A stretch of 32,000 nucleotides of DNA from positions 150,001 to 182,000 of the forward strand of contig NZ_JHXR01000004.1 of assembly GCF_000621645.1 (NCBI RefSeq), read 5' to 3'. This document shows, piece by piece, positions 25,575-32,000 of this stretch. Both the position numbers and the translations under genes were made by a program. Position 1 is the stretch's first letter; the number at the start of each line of letters is the position of its first letter. This DNA is from Vibrio cholerae ATCC 14035 (GTDB lineage: Bacteria; Pseudomonadota; Gammaproteobacteria; Enterobacterales; Vibrionaceae). The notes under the pieces are model-generated. The model was given only the letters and a program-made list of their open reading frames with translations. It had not been told where the DNA came from and made no database searches.

Positions 25575-26072
25575 CTATCCGAAAGTAAACAGATGACCCG
25601 GCTCTAGATACACATCCAGTCCTTTGGTCAGTAACAAATAAAAAGCGAGCACGAAGGGGAATGAAGCACCAAACAGGATGCTTTTACGTCGTTCGCCTAG
25701 CAGGTAAAAACCAGCAAGTAAGAAGAAGGAAGTGGCCAGCACAAAGCCGAGATAAGTCAGGCCAAGACCGTACAGTGCCATCAGTACCAAAAAGCCGATC
25801 AGCAGTTTCCAGTTAAACTCAAGCACCGCACCGCTTTTTTTATCCGGCTGACCCACTACGAGCAGTAGCAGCGATAAACCGATACCAGCATAAGTCAGAA
25901 TGGTCGGTAAGGTTCGGGCGTTAAAGGGTTCCAACTCATCGCTCGGAAACATGGTGATGAGTGAGGTTTGATAGCCGTAACCAAGGGTGAACAGCAGGAA
26001 TAACATGGCTCCCACTCGGTCACGGCAGAGTAAGTTTTCTTTGGTGAAAATTTTGGTTGGCAGGTCCGACAT
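25575..26072 (-). CDS. tctB: Tripartite tricarboxylate transporter small permease TctB
   Basis: The ORF track gives 25575..26159. I prefer ATG 26072 because GGAG lies 6 nt upstream. The product is 165 aa with four TM segments. The gene sits 9 nt upstream of tctA. Confidence 0.7.
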   Translation of the reverse strand: MSDLPTKIFTKENLLCRDRVGAMLFLLFTLGYGYQTSLITMFPSDELEPFNARTLPTILTYAGIGLSLLLLVVGQPDKKSGAVLEFNWKLLIGFLVLMALYGLGLTYLGFVLATSFFLLAGFYLLGERRKSILFGASFPFVLAFYLLLTKGLDVYLEPGHLFTFG

Positions 26073-26084
26073 ATCCAACTCCAT

Positions 26085-26203
26085 TGGGTTTGTGAACGGT
26101 GTGCGAGAAAGAGCCGAGTAAACACAAGTTAATAAATGGGGATTAACCAAACCTGTCACACTGCCAGCAAAAATGCAGGCAGTATTAAGGTGTTTGGGTA
26201 TGA
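26085..26203. repeat. Degenerate ERIC-like sequence within the tctC-tctB spacer
   Basis: GTTTGGGTATGA (26192-26203) is an exact 12-mer match to the end of copy 22809-22922. ATGGGGATTAAC resembles the ATGGGGATAAAC core. The rest is divergent, and the left boundary is uncertain and may run into the tctB start region. Confidence 0.3.
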
Positions 26204-26219
26204 CTGCAAGTCAAAGGAA

Positions 26220-26253
26220 CTTTATCCATAAACAAACTTTACCCATAAACAAA
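26220..26253. repeat. Tandem 17-nt direct repeat (2 copies, 1 mismatch)
   Basis: CTTTATCCATAAACAAA (26220-26236) is followed directly by CTTTACCCATAAACAAA (26237-26253). Confidence 0.8.
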
Positions 26254-26293
26254 GGAGTGACGGTGTTTACGTTTACTCGGCAAACAGTGTGAG

Positions 26294-26315
26294 AGAAGCG
26301 GATTGCTCCGCTTCT
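26294..26315 (-). terminator. Stem-loop immediately after the tctC stop (intercistronic attenuator type)
   Basis: AGAAGCGGA-TTGC-TCCGCTTCT is a 9-bp perfect stem. No T-run follows on the minus strand. Confidence 0.55.
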
Positions 26316-26322
26316 GCTGCAA

Positions 26323-27294
26323 TTACTTCAAGAAGCCGAGTTCACGCATCAGGTCGCCCATTTGCTTCTCTTGTTCTTCAAGGAAAGCGTAAAACTCTTT
26401 GTCACCTTTGTAGCTGTCAATCCAGCCATTACGGTCACGGATCACTTTCCACTCTTCGCTGGCAAACATCTTCTTGAACACTTCGTTCCACTCCGCGACT
26501 TTTTCTGCGCTCACTCCCGGTGCGGCAAAGTAGCCACGCCAGTTAACGAAGGTGGTTGGGTTGCCATAGTCGGCAAGGGTTGGAATATCGGGTGCGATGT
26601 CCAAACGTTTTGGAGAGGTGATCGCTAAAACGCGCACTTGACCGGATTTCGACATCTCCAGCACTTCGCCCAGACCGGTTGAAAGGACTTGAGTTTCGCC
26701 AGAGAGCAGGGCAGTCATGGCGGAGCCACCCGCATCATAAGCTACGTAACGCACTTCTTTTGGATCTAAGCCTTGGCCTTTAAAGGCCGCCGCAGCGACT
26801 AAGTGATCCATGCTACCGCGTGCTGAACCACCTGCGATTTTGATTTGTTTCGGATTGGCTTTGAAATCCGCGACCACTTGTTCCCAAGAGGTGTATTTTG
26901 AATCACCTGCCACCACAAACGCACCGTAGTCAGAGACGATTTCGGCAACGGGCGTGAGATCTCGGAAAGATTGAGGGAAAACACCAGACAGCGAACGAAT
27001 GACGATCGGGGTCGAGTTAATCATCAGCGTATCTTGCTGACGATCGGCGGTTTCAATCAGGTGTGCGATCGCTTTACCGCCACCGCCACCAGAGAGGTTT
27101 TGGTAAGAAGCATTCCCGACCAATTTCGCTTTCGTTAGCGCATCGCCGGTGGCGCGTGCCGTCATATCCCAGCCGCCACCTGCACCACCGGGTACGATAA
27201 AGTGGATTTTTTCAAGGTCAGCCGCGAGAGAGGAGAAAGAAAAAGTAGCGGCCAGCATGGCGGCAGTGAGGGAGGGTTTAAAAAACTTCAGCAT
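26323..27294 (-). CDS. tctC: Tripartite tricarboxylate transporter periplasmic binding protein TctC (Bug family)
   Basis: 323 aa with signal peptide MLKFFKPSLTAAMLAATFSFSSLAA. Family motifs present: VPGGAGGGWDMTAR, QNLSGGGGGKA and NWRGYFAAPG. Confidence 0.9.
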   Translation of the reverse strand: MLKFFKPSLTAAMLAATFSFSSLAADLEKIHFIVPGGAGGGWDMTARATGDALTKAKLVGNASYQNLSGGGGGKAIAHLIETADRQQDTLMINSTPIVIRSLSGVFPQSFRDLTPVAEIVSDYGAFVVAGDSKYTSWEQVVADFKANPKQIKIAGGSARGSMDHLVAAAAFKGQGLDPKEVRYVAYDAGGSAMTALLSGETQVLSTGLGEVLEMSKSGQVRVLAITSPKRLDIAPDIPTLADYGNPTTFVNWRGYFAAPGVSAEKVAEWNEVFKKMFASEEWKVIRDRNGWIDSYKGDKEFYAFLEEQEKQMGDLMRELGFLK

Positions 27295-27354
27295 GTTTCA
27301 CGTTCCTTATGTTGGCGCATCATATAGCTCATTGATGCTTATTGTTTTGTCCCC

Positions 27355-27407
27355 TTTCGACCTGCAGCGGCAGCGGTGTCGGCTACGATTCAAGTCATTG
27401 GGGTATC
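27355..27407. repeat. Short ERIC-like derivative (internally deleted)
   Basis: CGACCTGCAGCGGCAGCGGTGTCGGCTACGATTCAAGTCATTGGGGTAT compares with the termini of the full copy: TTGAAGCTGCAGCGGTGTTGGTTACG ... CTCCAAGCCGTTTGGGTAT. Confidence 0.45.
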
Positions 27408-27797
27408 TCTTTTTCACCACGACCTCACGAAAAGAGGCATGATTAACGCTTGTCAGTCATTATCGTCAATCGTGAGGATTCTGTGGCCAAGGTTTGGGGT
27501 ACCACTGCTCCTGATAATGAGCATGTAACCAAGGTTAATAAGCTGTTAAATAAATGTCTTTAATCCGTCAATAAAAGCAATATTGGGCATTAAGTGAATT
27601 ATGTTCATAAAGTTCACGGTCTTGATTGAGGTTATGTTGACGTCATGGAAAGGCGTGTTGTGTAGACAGATATTAATCATGATACGCAACCAGTCGGTGA
27701 GAAATAAAAAGAGGTCTTTATTTTACTATTTGTTTTTAAAGGTTTTTAATTCAATTTCCCTTTCTTTCTCCCCGTGTTCCACTTTATACCTTAGTCT

Positions 27798-27832
27798 AAA
27801 GTGTCGACAATTGTCTTGATTGTCGACACTTT
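27798..27832. promoter_or_regulatory. 14-bp perfect inverted repeat holding two TGTCGACA boxes; candidate operator of the GntR-type prp regulator
   Basis: AAAGTGTCGACAAT (27798-27811), spacer TGTCTTG, then ATTGTCGACACTTT (27819-27832). It lies about 100 bp upstream of the regulator start. Each arm contains the self-complementary TGTCGACA, and GT..AC cores are typical of GntR/FadR-family operators. Confidence 0.55.
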
Positions 27833-27926
27833 TATGGGCTATTTTTTCATCAGACCAAGATAGCGATGCGCATTTAACACAGAGTGAGTTGTGAACAGTT
27901 AGGTGCGAAGATGAGAATCACGATTG

Positions 27927-28631
27927 ATGAAAAGTAGTCCGTTAGTCCGCCAAGCGAGCACTGAAAAAGAGAGCACCAAATCAGAGAATCTGACCGAATA
28001 TCTGATTGAAGCCATTGTTGAAGGGGAGCTCGCGCCGGGCAGTAAAATCTCTGAACCTGAGCTCGCCAAACAGTTTCAAGTCAGCCGTGGCCCATTGCGT
28101 GAAGCGTTAATGCGAGTCGAAGGGCTTGGCTTGATAGAGCGCATTCCGCACATCGGTGCGCGAGTGATTCAATTGTCACCCACCAAATTGGTTGAGCTGT
28201 ATGCAGTGCGCGAAGCTCTGGAAGGCATGGCTGCAAGGCTTGCGGCGCGCAATATTACCGAAATCGAACTGGCGGGCTTAGAAAGCCTATTGTCGACACA
28301 TTCGACCCATATCGATCAGGTTGAAGGCGCTTCTTACTTTCACCAGCAGGGTGATTTCGATTTCCACTACCGCATTATTCAAGCCAGCCGCAATCAACAA
28401 CTGATTGGCTTGCTGTGTGATGAGCTTTACCACTTGCTGCGCATGTATCGTTACCAATCGCCGCGTTCGCATTCGCGTCCGGTAGAAGCTTTGGAAGAAC
28501 ACAAATTTATTCTGCGTGCGATCCGCCAACGAGATGAAGAGTTGGCCGAAATGCTGATGCGTCGCCACATCTCGCGCAGTCGCCAATTGATCGAACAACA
28601 AATAATGCTGGATGCCCAACAACAAGGTTAA
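27927..28631 (+). CDS. GntR-family (FadR/FCD subfamily) transcriptional regulator of the methylcitrate operon. It plays the PrpR role in Vibrio/Shewanella-type clusters and is not the sigma-54 PrpR of enterics.
   Basis: 234 aa from ATG 27927 (the ORF track starts at TTG 27924). The winged HTH is [31 protein letters not shown] and the FCD domain includes [17 protein letters not shown]...[12 protein letters not shown]. The stop lies 10 nt before prpB. Confidence 0.8.
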   Translation: MKSSPLVRQASTEKESTKSENLTEYLIEAIVEGELAPGSKISEPELAKQFQVSRGPLREALMRVEGLGLIERIPHIGARVIQLSPTKLVELYAVREALEGMAARLAARNITEIELAGLESLLSTHSTHIDQVEGASYFHQQGDFDFHYRIIQASRNQQLIGLLCDELYHLLRMYRYQSPRSHSRPVEALEEHKFILRAIRQRDEELAEMLMRRHISRSRQLIEQQIMLDAQQQG

Positions 28632-28641
28632 GGAGAATCCC

Positions 28642-29538
28642 ATGAGTTTAAGTCCTGGCGCCAAATTCAGGCTGGCAGTGAAAACCCATCATCCACTGCA
28701 AATCGTCGGCACCATCAACCCTTACTGCGCCATGATGGCGAAAAGTATCGGCCATCAAGCGATTTATCTCTCTGGCGGTGGCATTGCCAATGCCTCGTAC
28801 GGCTTGCCAGATTTGGGCATCACCACACTCAATGACGTGTTGGTAGATGTGGAACGCATCACCAACGCCTGCGATTTGCCTTTGCTGGTGGATATTGATA
28901 CCGGCTTTGGCGGCGCATTTAACATTGCACGCACCATCAAAGCGATGGAGAAAGCCGGAGCCGCGGCGGTACACATGGAAGATCAGGTGGCGCAAAAACG
29001 CTGTGGTCATCGTCCGAATAAAGCGATTGTTAGCCAGCAAGAGATGGTGGATCGCGTCAAAGCCGCAGTGGATGCGCGCATCAATCCTGAGTTTGTGATC
29101 ATGGCGCGCACCGATGCCTTAGCGGTAGAAGGTATGGATAGCGCGATTGAACGAGCGATCGCCTGTGTGGAAGCGGGCGCGGACATGATTTTCCCTGAAG
29201 CCATGACCGAGCTGAAACAGTACGAACAGTTCTCAACGGCACTGCGCAGTGCTACCGGTAAACCTGTGCCGATTTTAGCCAACATTACCGAGTTTGGTCA
29301 GACACCCCTTTACAGCGGTGAGCAATTGGCGGCGGTGAATGTGGATATGGTGCTGTACCCACTCAGCGCTTTCCGAGCCATGAATAAGGCGGCGGAAAAT
29401 GTGTATCGCCACTTGCTGGAACACGGGAATCAGGAAGCGTTGCTCGATCAAATGCAAACGCGCAAAGAACTTTACGCTTACCTGCATTACCACGAATACG
29501 AAGACAAGCTGGATCAGCTGTTTTCACAACCCTCTTAA
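28642..29538 (+). CDS. prpB: 2-methylisocitrate lyase PrpB
   Basis: The ORF track starts at 28612. ATG 28642 has AAGGAG 6 nt upstream and gives [13 protein letters not shown]..., collinear with E. coli PrpB as I recall it ([86 protein letters not shown]). Confidence 0.95.
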   Translation: MSLSPGAKFRLAVKTHHPLQIVGTINPYCAMMAKSIGHQAIYLSGGGIANASYGLPDLGITTLNDVLVDVERITNACDLPLLVDIDTGFGGAFNIARTIKAMEKAGAAAVHMEDQVAQKRCGHRPNKAIVSQQEMVDRVKAAVDARINPEFVIMARTDALAVEGMDSAIERAIACVEAGADMIFPEAMTELKQYEQFSTALRSATGKPVPILANITEFGQTPLYSGEQLAAVNVDMVLYPLSAFRAMNKAAENVYRHLLEHGNQEALLDQMQTRKELYAYLHYHEYEDKLDQLFSQPS

Positions 29539-29714
29539 GCCGAGGGAAGCCCAAGGAAACAACCCTCTCTTATGTGTGTGACAGCCAATGTGGCTGCGCG
29601 AGTAAGAGAAAATTAAATCCAATAACGTGAAATTGCTCTCCTAAAACACCCGAAGGTGGACACTAAGAGGTCGGTGCGCTAGCACCAAAAGGAGAGCCAG
29701 AAAAGGAGTTCGAC

Positions 29715-30848
29715 ATGTCTGCTGCAAAAGAGTTAGGCGGAGCAGGGCTGCGCGGCCAAAGCGCGGGAAGCACCGCTTTGTGTACTGTGGGTAAAACGGG
29801 AACCGGGTTAACCTACCGTGGTTACGACATTACCGATTTGGCCCATCATGCTCAATTTGAAGAGGTCGCGCACCTGCTATTGGTGGGGCATCTGCCAACG
29901 CAAGCGGAGCTGGATCAGTACAAAACTCGTTTGATTGGCCTGCGCGGTTTACCCGAAAAACTTAAACAAGCACTGGAATTGATCCCTGCTGAAGCGCATC
30001 CGATGGATGTGATGCGTACGGGCTGCTCCATTCTTGGCAACCTTGAGCCTGAACATACCTTTGCTGAGCAACAAGCGGCGACCGAGCGTATGTTGGCGCT
30101 GTTTCCGGCGATCATCTGTTACTGGTATCGCTTCAGTCATGACGGGGTGCGGATTGATACCGCCGATCAAAGTGAAGATTCGATTGGCGGCTATTTCCTC
30201 AAAATGCTCACTGGCCAAGCGCCGAGCGAGCTGTTCAAAAAAGTGATGCACTGCTCGTTAACTCTGTACGCTGAGCATGAATTCAATGCTTCTACCTTTG
30301 CGGCAAGAGTCTGCGCGTCAACCTTGTCGGATATTCACTCTTGTGTGACAGGCGCGATTGGTACGCTACGCGGGCCTTTGCATGGTGGAGCGAATGAAGC
30401 CGCGATGGCGATGATTGAGCAGTGGCACAGTGCCGATGAAGCGGAAGCGGGCATCATGCGCATGTTGGCGAACAAAGAGAAAATCATGGGCTTTGGCCAC
30501 GCGATTTATCGCGAGAGTGACCCACGCAATGCCTTAATCAAAGAGTGGTCGAAGGCGCTTTCTGAAGCGGTCGGTGATACTCATCTCTACGCCGTCTCTG
30601 AGCGCGTGGAAGCGGTGATGAAGCGTGAAAAAGACCTGTTCTGTAATGCGGACTTCTTTCACGCCTCGGCCTATCACTTTATGGGCATTCCAACCAAATT
30701 GTTCACGCCAATCTTTGTGATGAGCCGTTTAACCGGCTGGGCTGCGCATGTGTATGAGCAGCGTTCGAATAACCGAATTATTCGCCCAAGCGCGGATTAT
30801 GTAGGGCCTGAGCATCAAACTTGGTTGCCGATTGAACAGCGTGGCTAA
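29715..30848 (+). CDS. prpC: 2-methylcitrate synthase PrpC
   Basis: 377 aa with AAGGAG 7 nt upstream and an in-frame TAA just upstream that rules out a longer form. Citrate-synthase-family motifs present: TALCTVGK.G..L.YRGYDI.DLA, HPMDVMRTG, LYAEHEFNASTF, GALRGPLHGGANE, MGFGHAIY and TGWAAHVYEQR.NNRIIRPSA.YVGPE. Confidence 0.95.
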   Translation: MSAAKELGGAGLRGQSAGSTALCTVGKTGTGLTYRGYDITDLAHHAQFEEVAHLLLVGHLPTQAELDQYKTRLIGLRGLPEKLKQALELIPAEAHPMDVMRTGCSILGNLEPEHTFAEQQAATERMLALFPAIICYWYRFSHDGVRIDTADQSEDSIGGYFLKMLTGQAPSELFKKVMHCSLTLYAEHEFNASTFAARVCASTLSDIHSCVTGAIGTLRGPLHGGANEAAMAMIEQWHSADEAEAGIMRMLANKEKIMGFGHAIYRESDPRNALIKEWSKALSEAVGDTHLYAVSERVEAVMKREKDLFCNADFFHASAYHFMGIPTKLFTPIFVMSRLTGWAAHVYEQRSNNRIIRPSADYVGPEHQTWLPIEQRG

Positions 30849-30865
30849 CACTGAACAAGTACAAC

Positions 30866-30886
30866 GAACCCTCCTGTGGAGGGTTC
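30866..30886 (+). terminator. Stem-loop in the prpC-acnD spacer (no T-run; probably an intercistronic structure)
   Basis: GAACCCTCC-TGT-GGAGGGTTC is a 9-bp perfect stem, 18 nt after the prpC stop. Confidence 0.5.
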
Positions 30887-30957
30887 AGAGCCATTTGAAT
30901 GGCCAGCAGCATCTTTTAGTTCCTATCTTTTAGTTGCTAAGCAATGGAAGCAAAAAC

Positions 30958-32000
30958 ATGAACAGTCTGTATCGTAAAGCCTTATTGCCAAGCCCTGCGC
31001 AATCTCAGGTCGATTTTTTTGATACGCGCGCGGCGGTCGAGGCGTTAAAACCGGGCGCATACCAAACTTTGCCTTACACGGCACGTATTCTGGCCGAAAA
31101 CTTGGTTCGCCGCTGCCCACCGGAACAATTGAGCGAAAGTCTGCTGCAAATTATCGAGCGTAAACGCGATCTTGATTTCCCTTGGTATCCCGCGCGCGTG
31201 GTGTGCCACGATATTCTCGGCCAAACCGCGTTGGTTGATTTGGCAGGCTTGCGTGATGCGATTGCCGAACAAGGCGGCGACCCCGCGCAAGTCAATCCTG
31301 TGGTCGAGACTCAGTTGATTGTCGATCACTCGCTGGCGGTGGAATATTCCGGCTGCGATCCTGATGCGTTTGAGAAAAACCGTGCGGTGGAAGACAGACG
31401 CAACGAAGATCGCTTCCACTTTATCGAATGGTGTAAAACCGCGTTTAAAAACGTCAGCGTGATCCCCGCCGGTAACGGCATCATGCACCAGATCAATCTG
31501 GAAAAAATGTCGCCGGTGATACAGGTGAAAGAGGGTGTGGCTTTCCCTGATTCTTGCGTAGGCACGGATAGCCATACGCCGCACGTTGATGCACTCGGTG
31601 TGCTGGCAATTGGTGTGGGCGGCCTTGAAGCGGAAACCGTAATGCTCGGTCGCCCTTCGATGATGCGCTTGCCAGACATTGTCGGCGTGAAACTGACCGG
31701 AGTGCGCCAACCAGGTATTACCGCAACCGATATTGTATTGGCCTTAACCGAGTTTCTACGCCGCGAGCGCGTGGTCTCAGCCTATCTGGAGTTTTTTGGC
31801 GAAGGGGCGAAAGCGCTGACCATCGGCGATCGCGCGACCATCTCCAATATGACGCCGGAATACGGCGCGACCGCCGGCATGTTCTACATTGATGAACAGA
31901 CCATTCAATATTTAAAACTGACTGGCCGCGAGCCAGAGCAAGTCGCTTTGGTTGAAAGCTATGCCAAAGCCGCAGGTTTATGGGCGGACAGCTTAGAGCA
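30958..32000 (+). CDS. acnD: Fe/S-dependent 2-methylcitrate dehydratase AcnD (aconitase family), N-terminal part; continues past the window end
   Basis: This is not in the ORF track because the frame never closes. My own translation from ATG 30958 gives MNSLYRKALLPSPAQSQVDFFDTRAAVEALKPGAYQTLPYTARILAENLVRRC...DFPWYPARVVCHDILGQTALVDLAGLRDAIAEQGGDPAQVNPVVETQLIVDHSLAVE..., typical of AcnD/aconitase A. The long minus-strand ORFs here are antisense shadows. Confidence 0.9.
   Translation, partial: MNSLYRKALLPSPAQSQVDFFDTRAAVEALKPGAYQTLPYTARILAENLVRRCPPEQLSESLLQIIERKRDLDFPWYPARVVCHDILGQTALVDLAGLRDAIAEQGGDPAQVNPVVETQLIVDHSLAVEYSGCDPDAFEKNRAVEDRRNEDRFHFIEWCKTAFKNVSVIPAGNGIMHQINLEKMSPVIQVKEGVAFPDSCVGTDSHTPHVDALGVLAIGVGGLEAETVMLGRPSMMRLPDIVGVKLTGVRQPGITATDIVLALTEFLRRERVVSAYLEFFGEGAKALTIGDRATISNMTPEYGATAGMFYIDEQTIQYLKLTGREPEQVALVESYAKAAGLWADSLE

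Noticed and set aside
27601-27819. 72-aa ORF in the AT-rich tctC / prp-regulator intergenic region
   Set aside because: It has no Shine-Dalgarno, the sequence is Leu/Ile/Ser/Phe-rich as expected from AT-rich DNA, and it runs into the operator palindrome. It is probably non-coding, although an sRNA in this 630-bp gap cannot be excluded.
27798-27832. Reading the 14-bp inverted repeat followed by TTTAT as an intrinsic terminator
   Set aside because: There is no upstream plus-strand gene to terminate, since the neighbouring tctC is on the minus strand and points away. The arms are self-complementary TGTCGACA boxes repeated a third time elsewhere. An operator explanation fits better, although an RNA leader hairpin is not excluded.
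31045-31710. 221-aa and 117-aa minus-strand ORFs at the right end of the window
   Set aside because: The plus strand here translates into an unmistakable AcnD/aconitase N-terminus that runs off the window and is therefore missing from the ORF track. The minus-strand ORFs are shadows.

Overview
This window reads as core Vibrio cholerae chromosome I DNA. The gene order matches what I remember as roughly VC1308-VC1338 of N16961, but I could not run a search to confirm that. Left to right the window holds: the 3' end of tyrR, a rimJ-like GNAT, a Trp-rich hypothetical, and rhtA. Next, on the minus strand, come a chemoreceptor and the periplasmic broad-spectrum racemase bsrV. These are followed by a tightly packed DASS transporter / soluble histidine kinase / single-domain response regulator module. 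Then come virK-like, ompV, carS and carR (all minus strand), and a divergent, atypical 1023-aa class-A-like PBP. A translationally coupled NifX-like plus NqrM-like gene pair follows, then mglBAC. After mglBAC lies a visibly AT-richer islet with an 8-strand-type OMP and a lipoprotein. The window ends with tctCBA (minus strand) and the methylcitrate operon: GntR regulator, prpB, prpC and the 5' part of acnD. I saw no rRNA, tRNA, CRISPR array, transposase, integrase or phage genes. The main non-coding signal is a family of ERIC-like intergenic repeats, with two near full-length copies and several short derivatives. One copy supplies the last ~12 codons and the stop codon of carS. The leads I rate highest are: (1) the NifX-like/NqrM-like pair behind a 24-bp perfect palindrome; (2) the uncharacterised DASS-HK-RR module; (3) the bsrV plus chemoreceptor make-and-sense D-amino-acid locus, which is published; (4) the atypical PBP; and (5) three exact ATTGTCGACAC boxes around the prp regulator. 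Nothing resembles a known defence or mobile system. All family calls rest on motif recognition by eye and need HMM/BLAST confirmation.
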